Assembly (NCBI RefSeq): GCF_006345805.1
Contig: NC_043018.1
Coordinates: 13,950,001 to 14,014,000 of the forward strand
Source of the DNA: Octopus sinensis
Taxonomy: Eukaryota
Reading direction: 5' to 3'
DNA length: 64,000 nt
Numbering within the stretch: the first letter of the stretch is position 1; each line of letters starts with the position of its first letter. Shown here in pieces: positions 11,211 through 24,624 of this stretch. A program made the position numbers and the translations under genes. The notes under the pieces were generated by a model that saw nothing but the letters and a program-made list of their open reading frames with translations, was not told where the DNA came from and did no database searches.

Positions 11211-11588
11211 GAAAGTGGAATTTCGTGGGATTTCAAGCCAATAAGGTAAAGAAGTATGGATATTGAACTTGCTCTTTCGCCGCTAACAATTGTGCCAACG
11301 CGTCTGAAGCTATTTCTGAAATGTGATACATGTTTAGCAAGATAATGGGATTTAGAATATTGAGATCTCTTCGAGGTACCCAGATGTCAGTTGCAAAATC
11401 TGCAAATAACAAGCAAATACCTAATTAAAAGTTATAACAGACACAGATGCTACAATATTTAATAAGTGGGTTTTCATATTGCTTCTTCAACATACACGCA
11501 CACGCACACACCGGCACGCAAACCCACGCATACACTTATCCAAACAAACGCAAATGCATGTATGCATATATATAAATGTATACACATA

Positions 11589-11665
<77 letters not shown>

Positions 11666-11785
11666 TCATATATTTATATGTATAAATATATGCATATAAG
11701 TATGTATATATATATATATATACACACACATATATATATAGATGCATACATAATTGAAGATATATATATATGTGTATATATATAT

Positions 11786-11817
<32 letters not shown>

Positions 11818-12599
11818 CACATATATACACGACTATGTATATATGTGTGTGTATATATATATATATTTGTATATCTATTCGCATGTTTGTCTGTCTATCT
11901 GTCTGTATGTACTCATATTATTCATATTAGTTCTCATATCTAATGAGATGTACACAAACTCTCGCCCCGTCAGTCTCTCTCTCTCCCTTCCTCTCTCTTT
12001 CTCCCTTCCTCTCTCTTTCTCCCTCTCTCTCTCAGTAATTCGCTTGTATACATCTGCACATACAGTCACACGCACAAAGAGAAACACGCCTGTCTTATGA
12101 AAGTGCACACATCAGAACGTGTGTACGTGGGTGTGTGTGAGCGTGCGTGAGTGTGTTTGATCGTGTGTATGTGTGCTTGAGTGTGTGTGTGTGTGTGTAT
12201 GTGTGTGTGTGTGCATGTGTGTGCGTTTGTACGTGTATGTTTGTGTAAAGTATATCTTTTTAACTGCCATTCTCGTGTAGTGGAGAAAGTTAGAAATATC
12301 AGGTATTTCATTTCTTGAAAAAAGTTGTTGAATGGGAAAATGGTTGAAGGCTACGGCTGTTTCGTATCTCGCAGAAATACCTGGGATTTCTTTCTATTCA
12401 AGAATCTTGTTAACCTCATACTTTATAGGCTCAAATTTTTAGGTAGGTTTAAATAATGTACGTCTAGACTTTAAACATTTCAGTAATTTCACATCACCAA
12501 CCTCTTAAATTATTGTTTTACGCATACACACGCGCGTGCACACGCACACACACAGACATACACACAGATACACACACACGTGCACACACAAGGATCGAT

Positions 12600-12603
12600 C
12601 GAC

Positions 12604-12658
<55 letters not shown>

Positions 12659-12795
12659 GTGATAGATAGAGAGATAGATAGATAGATAGACAGACAGATA
12701 GATTGAGGGATAGACAGATAAATAGACAGATAGGTAAATAGATAGATAGAGAGATAGACAGATAGATAGATACATAGATAGACAGAGAGACAGCC

Positions 12796-12830
<35 letters not shown>

Positions 12831-12870
12831 TAGATTGATAAATATATAGATATACAGATAAATAGATAGA
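12600..12870. repeat. (GATA)n/(GACA)n array
   Basis: Direct reading. Confidence 0.95.
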
Positions 12871-12881
12871 TACGTACATAG

Positions 12882-12946
12882 ACAGTGGGAATGAACGCGG
12901 AACCATGTGGTTGGTAAGCAAGCTACTTACGACACAGCCACTCCTG
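12882..12946 (-). mobile_element. SINE family C head fragment
   Basis: - strand caggagtggctgtgtcgtaagtagcttgcttaccaaccacatggttccgcgttcattcccactg. Confidence 0.8.
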
Positions 12947-12947
12947 A

Positions 12948-13213
12948 GCCATCTGATCATCATTTATTCGGCAGTCTTGAAAATCACTTGGATGGAAATA
13001 TATGAATTCTGTAGAAGAGGTGAAAACAGTACGAGAGTATTTTTCGGACCAATGAATTTTGGAAGAAGGATCATGAAACACTTGCAGATGGATGGAAGAA
13101 CATTGTAGAAAATGGAGAATATATTTGAAATTAAAAAAAGAACTTGGTTAATCTTAATTTTGAAAAATAAAACAATTATAGAAAGACCGCATTATTGATC
13201 GGATGACCCAATA
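12948..13213 (+). mobile_element. mariner 3' remnant
   Basis: PSDHHLFGSLENHLDG..EEVK..FWKK..LADGWKNIVENGEYI; right TIR ends gaccgcattattgatcggatgacccaaTA. Confidence 0.75.
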
Positions 13214-13217
13214 CATA

Positions 13218-13312
13218 CTGAGGGGAGAAACAAAGACGGACAAACGGATTAAGTCGATTGTATCGACCTCAGTGCGTAACTGGTACTTATTTAATCGACC
13301 TCGAAAGGATGA
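13218..13312 (-). mobile_element. SINE family A1 internal fragment
   Basis: acaaacggattaagtcgattgtatcgacctcagtgcgtaactggtacttatttaatcgacc matches A1 copies. Confidence 0.8.
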
Positions 13313-13365
13313 AGTATATATGTGCGTGTGTCTGTGTGTGTGTGTATGTCTACACAGAGAAAAGA

Positions 13366-13437
13366 GACAGACTGACAGGCAGACAGACTGACAGGCAGAC
13401 AGACTGACAGGCAGACAGACTGACAGGCAGACAGACT
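13366..13437. repeat. 16-bp minisatellite, about 4.5 copies
   Basis: (gacagactgacaggca)n, perfect. Confidence 0.9.
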
Positions 13438-13499
13438 TAACTTATCATTGAAAATGAATACAGATGCATCTTCTCAAGGATAACGACGGTGATGTCAAT

Positions 13500-13560
13500 A
13501 ACTATGGCGACAATGTCGACGACGACGACGACGACGGAGACGACGATCATTATAGGAATT

Positions 13561-13626
<66 letters not shown>

Positions 13627-13669
13627 CTGATGATGATGATGATGATGACGACGATGATGATGATGATGG

Positions 13670-13724
<55 letters not shown>

Positions 13725-13730
13725 GATGGC

Positions 13731-13767
<37 letters not shown>

Positions 13768-13775
13768 TTGATGAA
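13500..13775. repeat. (GAC/GAT)n array
   Basis: Direct reading. Confidence 0.95.
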
Positions 13776-14305
13776 TAAAAATATGGTAATTATACGTTAA
13801 GGAGTGTAGGCAAAATGGCAGATGTCGCTTTCGTAATGATGTTTTTTTTTGTTGTTTGTATATGTTGTTGTTGTTGCTGTTGTTATTGTTAGTGGTGGCG
13901 CTGGTGCTGGTGAGGCAGTATATGGATTCTGCCGTTGCTATTGTGGCTTTTTCCTGCTGATTCCGTTGCCATGGTTACTTCTGTTGTGTTGCTGTTGTTT
14001 ATCTTTGTAGGCGGTGGCGCTGATGGTGGATGCGGAGCGGATGGTCGCAGTGGTGTTGGCGGTAGCACTCGTGCTACTCGGATTGTTGTTACTGTGTTGT
14101 GGTTGTGGTGTTGGTGCTAGTGGTGGTAGTGGTGGAGGCGGCCCTGGCGGTACTGGTGGTGACGTATTGGTGATGATGGTGATACTGGTGGTAGTGGTGA
14201 TGGCGGCGGCGGCGATGTGCGGTGGTGTGGTGTTGGTGGTGTCATTTGTGTCCATGATGGTGATAATGGTGGTGGCGTTGGTAAGGTGGCAGTGGTGGTG
14301 GTGGT

Positions 14306-14351
14306 GTGTCTTGACGTGGTAGTGGTGCTAGCGGTGGTGGTGGATTAGGTG

Positions 14352-14383
<32 letters not shown>

Positions 14384-14497
14384 AGTGGTGGTAGTGGTGG
14401 TGGAGTTTGTGGCTGTGGTAGTACTGGTGGAAATGTAGCTTTGGGGGTGTGTCTTGCCGTGGTAGTGGTGCTAGCGGTAGTGGTAGATTTGGTGTTG

Positions 14498-14529
<32 letters not shown>

Positions 14530-14637
14530 GGTAGTGGTGGTGGAGTTTGTGGCTGTGGTAGTACTGGCGGAAATGTAGCTTTGGGGGTGTGTCTTGCCGT
14601 GGTAGTGGTGCTAGCGGTAGTGGTAGATTTGGTGTTG

Positions 14638-14669
<32 letters not shown>

Positions 14670-14762
14670 AGTGGTGGTGGAGTTTGTGGCTGTGGTAGTA
14701 CTGGCGGAAATTTTAGCTTTGGTGGTGTGTCTTGCCGTGGTAGTGGTGACAGTGGTGGTGGA
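14306..14762. repeat. ~140-bp GTG/GTT-derived minisatellite, about 3.3 copies
   Basis: Unit start gtgtcttg recurs at 14306, 14449, 14589, 14727 (periods 143, 140, 138). Confidence 0.9.
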
Positions 14763-15167
14763 TGTTATTGTGTAATTCCAAATCCTTCTGTCAGGTCAAT
14801 CTTGATCAACGATATCCAGCAACTGTGTTTGAGAAAGCTAACAGAAACCAACAGGTTTTCAGGCTAATTCCGTCTTGACAAACGTTGATCCAATCTTATA
14901 ATGACGACGACGACAGCGGCGGCTGGGACGGCATTGGCAGCGGTGGCTCCGTTGGCGATGATGAGGATAATGAGGAGGAGGAGGAGAGTGTGGAGGAGCC
15001 AGAAACAATGAGGATGCATTGAACATTGAGATGGCTGTGTTGGTTGTGACGTGTGTGCGTGTGTTTGGTTTCGACTTTACGTACAGACACACAAATACAC
15101 ACACACATATATAAACATACATACATACATACATATATACATACATACATACATGTGTACAGAGTGT

Positions 15168-15560
15168 TCAGCAGTTGTTCGCAAATATTCACATGTCTTT
15201 GAGCATGGTGGTCAGCCAGTTCTTGAGGAGTTCCTCGACAGCGTCTCTTTACAAAAATGTGATTTGATGGTGGTTTGTGGAGGATCAAGTTCTGCCAACA
15301 ATCTACGAGTTCTTATGCTTGAATTTTGTTCCGTCGTTTCAAGCAAGGTCTCACCTTTTCAACAAACGTTTCCCTGGCCATTGTTTCTCTTCGAATCTGA
15401 TGTCAACTTCCTTGAACCGTCTTCACCAGATTTGTACCACACCTTCGCTGACAATTCTCGGATTTTTCACGTCATTAACTTCTTTTTCCTCTATTCTTGT
15501 TCTCAGTCCCTTTTTTCCCCACAGGTAGCGTAAAATGATTTTAATTGCAAGTTTTACATC
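15168..15560 (-). mobile_element. mariner transposase N-terminal remnant
   Basis: - strand: IILRYLWGKKGL..EVNDV..VQIW*RRFKE.DIRFEEK..; ETLLETTEQNSSIRTRRLLAEL..TPQELADHHAQRHVNICEQLLN (decayed WVPHEL motif). Confidence 0.7.
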
Positions 15561-17101
15561 ACTCATTATCAAAGCTGTAAACTAATTCATGTTTATATAT
15601 CACAATAAAGATATAAACAATTTAGCCACAATTGGACAAACTGTATCAAATTAATAATATATTGTAGAAATACAAAGTTTTTCGGATTTGCACTGAAGCA
15701 AATCTGAAAAACCTTCTGACTCAAACTGGTACCCTAGCCAGCGGTTATTAAAGAAATTTCAGCAGAGTTTGCGATGCTCAAAAGGTTCGCAGCTTCATAC
15801 CGAAAACAAAGAATTGTTTCTGGTACATGCACAAGGTTAGTCGTTAGAATCGATCGCGGTACTTGACTAGTACTCTATTTTATCAATCACAAGGGGATAT
15901 AATGCAATGTTGATCTGAACTCGGAATGTAATAAAGCTTCAGAAATACCGTACGTTTTTTTTTTCTTGGAAACCACTAGAGGATCTACCGACTACGGCTT
16001 CTATCAAAGCTAGACTCAGATAATAAGTAATTATATAATTTGAATTTTTGTTTTATTTTATTTATTGTTATTCATTCATTTATTCAATTTTATTGAATTT
16101 GTATGGTGAAAACTTCTCAGAATGGAGAGTTTAAATTCCTACCAACCAAAGTCTCGTCGATATGTTGGTTTTTGAATGCGTAAATGTGAAAAGAAATTCA
16201 AGGAATTTGTGTCAAATTGGCAGCTAAATACAGTGCAATTAATAAAATATGCCATACAAAATATTGAAGAGAAGTCACCAATAATGGTTATAAAACAGGA
16301 CGGGTTGTATTTCAGTTGTTAATTTCTGTTTGGTGAAAACGTTTTCTTCTCTTTTCTGCCATTGGTTTTTCCTGCTTTTTTTCACACATTAATCATTTCC
16401 ACTCGAATGAAATATGTTTCGTTGCAATAATGCTATTCTTTGACGGTAAAATATAAACGAGCTTGAAATAATCAGATGAAATCGGTCAGAAATTTGTTGA
16501 CCACGAAATCAACAACGTATTGGCTGCAGATAAAATGGTAAAAGATATATGAGCATGTCGGCATAATAAAATGGACGATTAAAAAATAATTTCAACCTGT
16601 CACTTCATTGGTTTTCTGTTTCTAGATCATTGTTAGGTATGTGGGTTGAGGATTTTACAATAGGATGTAGTAAATTCTAACTTGCTCTGTTACACGACTC
16701 GATCCAAACCTATTTAATTCACGTCATTAGAGATTAAATTAAGGAATTTCTTTAATTCAGTCGAGCGATATATACCTCAAATTAAATTTTGTCTCCAACA
16801 TTAGAAAGATAGATTAGAAAATATAGATTATGCTAGAAAGAATTAAATAGGATAATCACCTATATATATATATATATATTGCAATAACCCACTACACTTT
16901 TGGTTTCGTTTACTAAATTATATTACAAACTATTCTAACCTCAGTAATACGATTAATATCTCAACCATTAGTGCTACTATCATTAACAGAAATACAAGTA
17001 TAGTTGGTATGATACTAATAATGCTACAGTTGGTATGACACTGTGACTAAGAACATAACAAGATCCACGTTCTGTTCTATGTGTATATCGATTGCAATGC
17101 G

Positions 17102-17133
<32 letters not shown>

Positions 17134-17134
17134 C

Positions 17135-17231
17135 TATATAAAAGGGCTTAGTAAAATAAATTACTTTGCCGCATACTGAACTCATTAGAAATATGCGGCA
17201 AAGTAATTATTTTACTAAGCCCTTTTATATA
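17135..17231. repeat. Fold-back inverted repeat, 41/40-bp arms, 16-nt loop
   Basis: tatataaaagggcttagtaaaataaattactttgccgcata pairs with tatgcggcaaagtaattattttactaagcccttttatata; one 1-nt bulge. Confidence 0.9.
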
Positions 17232-17399
17232 ATGTAATAATTTAATTCGCCTTGAATGGTCCCTTTGCATACTGAACACTTGGTGAAATTGATTAATAAT
17301 TATTAATTTTGCCCTCAATTGTTGAAATTATATATATATTATATATCTATATAATGTATACGTACAAATAAAGATATAAATACATAGATATTTATGTAG

Positions 17400-17453
<54 letters not shown>

Positions 17454-17658
17454 TATACATACATTCATATATATATATATCTATGTATATATATGAATAT
17501 ATGTACATATATATACACATTCATATATATATATATAATACACTATATATATATGTATATACATACTCACATATATACAGTGTATATATATATGTGTGTG
17601 TGTGTTTAATTGTGTATGTAGTATATAATATATATATATATACATATACATATACATA

Positions 17659-17711
<53 letters not shown>

Positions 17712-18179
17712 CATATATATATATACATATACATATACATATATATATATATGAACGTGTATTTGCAAGTAAGTGTGTGTGTTTGTGTGTGAATGTGTAT
17801 GAGTGCGCGCGTGTGTACGCGTGTGTCTGTTTGTCTGTCGAAACGTGCTGTTGTATGTTCACCCACAAACTATTGACATTTGCTCTTAAAGTGTATTTAA
17901 CATTTTCACATAATAAATTCTGTTTGAAATCTGATAAAAGATTTATCTGATTAAAATTCTTCACGAAATCTAATGAGTTAACTGATGCCAACGTTCATTT
18001 GATTCTAGTTTACCAAAGAATGTATCAATGCAATTGAAAGCCTAGTGATTTTCCAATATACATACATGTATGTTTATAACTACACATACACACATACATA
18101 ATGTGCAATGTACATATGTTTGTGATATATATGTGTATATATATATATATATTATATATATATTATATTATAATGTGTG

Positions 18180-18312
18180 TGTTTGTGTGTGTGTTTATAT
18201 ATATATAATATATATATATTATATATATATATAATATATATAATATATATAATATATATATATATGATATATCCATACATATATATATACATTAATAATG
18301 ATGATGATGATG

Positions 18313-18373
<61 letters not shown>

Positions 18374-18381
18374 ATTAATAA

Positions 18382-18412
<31 letters not shown>

Positions 18413-18542
18413 AAGAAGAAGAGAAGAAGAAGAAGAAGAAGAAGAAGAAGAAGAAGAAGAAGAAGAAGAAAGAAGAAGCAGAAGACGAGAGAAGAAGAAG
18501 AAGAAGAAGAAGAAAGAAGAAGAAGAAGAAGAAGAAGAAGAA
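18180..18542. repeat. Compound (TA)n-(GAT)n-(AAT)n-(AAG)n array
   Basis: Direct reading. Confidence 0.95.
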
Positions 18543-18910
18543 GAATATCAAGAGCACTTAGAGACCGCAAACTTCCGCCAAGGCAACACCAACGCCCTCT
18601 CAACGATTTGCCAGAAAGGATTTTTAAAATGAGAATATCTGAAATAAACTCGACGGGACTCACAAACGAGAATACTAAAAATGAACTCTCAAAAATTAAG
18701 TAAAAATAAACAGGTAAATTAATCCAGAATTCTTGTCCGGTACGGGATCGACCCCCAAATCTAATCTGTTCATGCCAGTCACCAGGCCAAACATCCCTGA
18801 AAGTTTCATAAGAATCCATCCAAGAAAACTGATTGAAGACAATACCACCGCCTTCGCAAAGGCGGAAGTAATAATCCAAAGATGGAATTATAATGTGTGT
18901 GAGTATATAT

Positions 18911-18954
<44 letters not shown>

Positions 18955-18995
18955 TATATATATATAAAGCGATAGATAGATTAGATAGATCGATC

Positions 18996-19071
<76 letters not shown>

Positions 19072-19570
19072 CGCCTGTGTGTGATTGTATGTATGTGTAT
19101 TTTTGACGTCATAACAACTTTATAAACTTTCGAATAAATGGGAAATGATTGGGTTTTGGAACAGTGGATCTCGAAGTATAAATAGATCTATAAATTTCAG
19201 CGAGTAAATATTGGGTTGAAAACCCCTTTTCTAAGCCTCCAACCTTTTCTAATCAAAATAGTTTCCCAACACAATATTTACATGCTGTTATTTATTGTCG
19301 TAGAGGCACAACTACTGCAGTGAATTGAACGCACGCTCTTGACGCAGAATGAATTCAGAGAGTGAGAGAGCATGAGGTAGGAGGAGAGAGGTGAGGGAAG
19401 GGGAGAGAGAGGATGAGGGAGGGAGAGAGAAGGAGGAAGAAGGGAAGAGCGGGAAGAGTTTTACTGATAATTTACGAACGGATTTGGAAAGGATAAAAAT
19501 ACAAAGTTGATCTCGGCAGGTTTTGAACCCGGAGCGTTGGTACAAATATCGCAAATCATTCCAGTTCCCT

Positions 19571-19624
<54 letters not shown>

Positions 19625-19735
19625 TATATATATATTTATATAACATGTTATAGAAGTATACATGTATGTATATATATATGTATATTTATATATATATTGA
19701 TACATATGCATATATTTATATGTATGCATATATAG

Positions 19736-19778
<43 letters not shown>

Positions 19779-21000
19779 ATAGAAGTAAATATATGTACAT
19801 ATATGTGTATGTATGTATATATATGTGTATTTATATATATATATATATATATATTAGGAAATGCAAGGAGAGGAAATTAATAAAAAAAACTATATTACCA
19901 AAATACAAAATAGAGAAAACAAAAAAATGAAGATAGTAGAAAAGCAGCAATAAAATATAAGTAAAAAGAAAAACGGTGCAATTCTTTAAACGTACGATTA
20001 GTTCTAAGATCATTCTAAAATGGAGAAGCGGGAAAGCAGAACGCACGTGAAAGGAACTAATCGTTTATAAATATATATTGCATTGTCTGAGAAAATTCTC
20101 AGAATACTTTGTGTCTTTGAAATACCAACAAGCTCTTGTAATTTCTGAAAAAGGTGACGCTTCTTATGGACAGCTATTGACATATGTGACGAAAAAAAAA
20201 TATCTGAAGTTAATTACCAATTGACATATTTAGCGCTTCTTCGTTTTTGTTCCTTTTGTTTTCTTTTCCTTTTCTTTGAGTGTCAGTCTCTGGTCAGTAG
20301 TTAATCTTCACTAGCTCTCATCTTCAACTCGTTTTCGTATCAACTAATCAAATGTCATGTTAGAATGTTATTGTATTTTCGTTTACGTTTCACTTTTAAT
20401 TTTATTTTTCATTGGTTTCATGGGAGACAAGTGTTTAGTTTATCGGACGGTCGGTCGGTTGGCTGGACAGCCTATCATGTGATATTTATATTTCTAAAGT
20501 ACTGCTTGTTGGTTTTGTAGAGTAGTAAATTTATTTAAATTTCAAGTGTTTATTGTAAATGAAAATACAATTTAGAAGACAGCATATACTAGTATACTTT
20601 GATACTTCAGATGCTTTTATGGTACTCTTTCATATATTCATATATATATAAATCCATAATAGACTTGCATACACGTTTTCGTTTCTGTTAGGTTTTCTCT
20701 TTTACAAATTATTTGCAAATATTCGGTTTCCATTCCCTTTCTATCCAATTTCTTTTTCCTTCCTGGTTTTTAGGAATAAGTTTCTTGGATGCTTTTTCCT
20801 TAAACTCTTCAAACAGACGAGAATGACAATATATAACATTAATTATAATTATTATTATTATAATTTTTTCTGACATATTTGTATTGCCCTTTGAAACGTT
20901 CGTGTGTACTTATTAAATCTAATTTTGATTTTTTAACATATTTTCTCAATTTTTATAACGGTTTATGGTATCCCATATACCTATAACGGACTTTTTCAAT

Positions 21001-21031
<31 letters not shown>

Positions 21032-21214
21032 ATAGTCACATCGATTATAAACAGCAATAACAAAACAAGAAGACGTGCACATAGAATATATTAGTTCGAC
21101 TCTTGGTGAAGGTGGAAAAAGAATATTTTTGAAGTTTCGAGCATAGCCCAGAAAGGAAAACGGAAAAGTTCAGACGAGGAAAAATATCACCAGCATCCCA
21201 TATATGGTTACGTG

Positions 21215-21245
<31 letters not shown>

Positions 21246-21524
21246 TGTATGTATGTATGTATGTATGTATGTATGTATGTATGTATGTATATATATATGG
21301 TATAGACAAACTCTGAAGCGTCGAATGTGCTGTTATTTTACAGACAAGAAAGTAAATTTCGAACGTAGTGAAGCTGTAAATGGAGCCAAAAAACACTGGA
21401 TATTTACCCTTTTGGGACGGAAAAAATTTGGCAGCGGACATTCCGTCTCGTAAGGGTTGATAGGCAATCAATCTTTTCCTGCTACTCATACAGCTTTACT
21501 CTTTTCGAGATTTATTTTTCTGTA

Positions 21525-21565
<41 letters not shown>

Positions 21566-22656
21566 GTACATTATATTTTGCTGGCTTTCATCCTTCATGT
21601 CAGTTAACTTTTTCTTAACTACAACTTTATTCTATATGCCCTCCAGCCCTGTTGACTATTCACCAGTACATCAAGATGTTCCTTAGAAAAGGAAACATAA
21701 AGACCTTTTTTAACCCGAACACTTTGTACACATGTATGTATATATGTATGTATGTAGGTATGTATGTATGAATAAATGTGTTTGCATGTGAAACTGTAAT
21801 ATGACGAACAAGGGATACTTATTAGAAGTACTCACCAATTCATAATGTACCACAATTTGCTAAACAAACATAGTGAGAGTCAACGTTGCATGAAATATAT
21901 TAGCTCTGTTATATGTAAACTTTGGAGGGATATGTTCGGAGAATACCCTAGACTAGAAGCTCATGGAATTTTCAAGTCTAAACAAATTCTGGGAAACATT
22001 AACGAAACTTATTTTCTGCAAGGTGTAAGTTAAATCTCAGGTAGGTAGTACAAAAATAAAATATTATTTTTTTTTAGTGATTAACTGCAGCTTGTCTTAT
22101 CTAAGTCATAAAACTGCATCTAAGAACGAGGTAAAGAGCAATGATGCATTCTTAATAAGTTACGTATAGCAACTGAAAGAACGAGGTATTAACAATTTAG
22201 ACATTACAATGCGTCGATAAGGGAAAAAGTAATGCCGATAAAGTAAGGCTGATAAATACCATATACCAACAAATTTTACAGAACCCATTAAAAGAATTAG
22301 AAGCAATATCAAAATGGCTTTATGAAAATACTTTCTAGTCATCAAGACAGAAAGGTAGAGCCAGGATGAACTGCTATATGTAAAGAATATGATTGACAGG
22401 AATTGCCAATGCGTCGTTTCTTGGCGTTGAACAATATAGCATTAGGAATATTTATGTCTTGATATGCAATATGATAGTTAAAGACGCACAATCTTTCTTT
22501 TAGTACGTATATCAGGGACTATGAAGTCGAATATGACTTACTACTTCTCTAAGACATATTTGGTAACTATCTGAAGCACTTCCGCCAAATATATAGGCGA
22601 TTCTCACATTGGCTCTCGAATTGAATTTATAAAATGTATTTCAATCACATACACAA

Positions 22657-22695
<39 letters not shown>

Positions 22696-22862
22696 ACACA
22701 CACACACACACACACAAACACATATGCACACACACAAACACATATGCACACATGCACTCACACACACTCACACATGTATACATACGCGCGCAAATATATA
22801 CAAACACATTCTCTCAATATATATTTAGTCTATTTGTATCTGTCTAGCTATCTATCTGTCTG

Positions 22863-22908
<46 letters not shown>

Positions 22909-22981
22909 GATCTATCTATATATCTGTCTGTCTGTCTGTCTACCTGTCAGTCTATCTATCAATCTATCTATCTATCTATCT

Positions 22982-23503
22982 GTGGACAACTTCCAGAGAA
23001 CCCTTGCCTGACAGTGCTACCGAGAAGCGCTACCCATTCGGGATAAGCTCTACAGACACGGCTCGAAAAACACGGGGCCGACCTGCCCGAGATGCGGTCA
23101 GAGCGACGAAACCGTCCTGCACGCACTCGTACAGTGTCCAACCATTTCCGACCTGTGGGCCTATGTCGAACGACTGCAATCGCATGTGGGACGAGTCGGT
23201 TTATCAACCGAGTCTATCGTAGATATTGTCGCGTCTTATTCCTTGAAACGGGAGGGAAGGGTCATTTTCATCGTACTTGTGGCTATGGCGAAAGAATGTG
23301 TATGGTGGACACGTCTGAAAGTTCTAGGGACAAACACTTTCCTCTCTGGTCAATCTCTCATCAACTTCTTCAAGTATCACTTGAAGAGGAAGGTGAGAGT
23401 AGAGAGACAAATTTTGTCTAGTGAATGTTCCCCAAAAAGATGGGTGAATGTAGCAAGGAGGGCACGTGTGAATGACGGAGCAACCTTGAGCATAATCCTA
23501 TGA
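22982..23503 (+). mobile_element. L1/Tx1-clade LINE ORF2 C-terminus (zf-RVT-like zinc-binding region)
   Basis: Single frame with one stop: [49 protein letters not shown]...AKECVWWTR...IIL*; the CxxC..H..C pattern is typical of L1/Tx1 ORF2. Confidence 0.8.
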
Positions 23504-24236
23504 ACCCAAAAAAGAAAAAAAGAAATAAAAAATGAGAGCCACTTACTGTAATGTGTGTTTTTTGTTTTTTGCTTGAAACCAAGTGTTTGGGAAGCAAACT
23601 TCTTACCACGGAGCAATGTAATATAGAAACTGAATCTCCTTCGATTCAGGCTTTCTTTGTAGAGTGTGTATGCCTCTGTATTAAGATTCTAATATGTATG
23701 CGTGTGTTTGTATGTATATGTGTATGTATGTATATGTGTAAGTATGTATGTATGTATGTATGTATGTATGTATGTATGTATGTATGTATGCGGTGTATGT
23801 ATGTATATATGTTTTTATGTACATATATGTATGTATGTACATATATATATGTATGTATGTATTTATGCGGGAGTATTTATGTATGGTTGTAGGTGCGAGC
23901 GGACATGTGCATAGAATATGACGGAGATACAAAGAAACGACTTCAAAAATCTAAAAGAATTGGTCTGGTGAAGGGATGTGAAGCAACTCAGTCAACCGAT
24001 GGAAGATAGCATTGCCATGAAAGTCAAAGACTCCGAAATAGATTTAATGTGAATTGTTTGACATATCTCTGTGAATATGACAATGCAGATACATATATTT
24101 ATATAAACGTACATATAGATTAATACATACATACATACATGCATGCATACATATATATATAAACACAGTCACAAACACACCATTTGGAGACATATGCATA
24201 CGCGTAGAACGAGATAGAAGAAAAGGAGAAAGATAA

Positions 24237-24282
<46 letters not shown>

Positions 24283-24624
24283 AGAGAGAGAGAGAGAGTT
24301 GTGAAATGTCTGGAATTAATTATGCATTGCACTATAGAAGAACCAGGAAATAAATGTACGTGTATCAGAATATATTACAAATCCTACATAACGTATACAC
24401 ATACTTACACACACACACAAAGATGCGCACCCATAGCCGTAATCGTAATCAGTTTTATAATTAGACATTTCTGTCGTCTTTTCAACGTTTGCGTTGAAAA
24501 ATCATTGAGTTTAAATTTGCTGGTCATCATTTTGGGGTCAATAAAAAAAGTGTCAAGTGAGCAATAGGGTCCAATGGGATCGATTCTTCCCGCTCCTAAA
24601 CGCTGCTGGCTCTGTGTCACTTAT

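Noticed and set aside
13935-14867. Gly/Val-rich or mucin-like ORFs
   Set aside because: Low-complexity repeat with frame-breaking unit lengths.
18545-18890. Coding-like segment after the (GAA)n tract, and a possible relation to 46345-46790
   Set aside because: Stops in the candidate frames and only a 3-4 residue resemblance; cannot assign a family.
21344-21449. Possible 106-nt exon (ttttacAG..GTAAGG; DKKVNFERSEAVNG..)
   Set aside because: No recognisable protein similarity and no partner exons.
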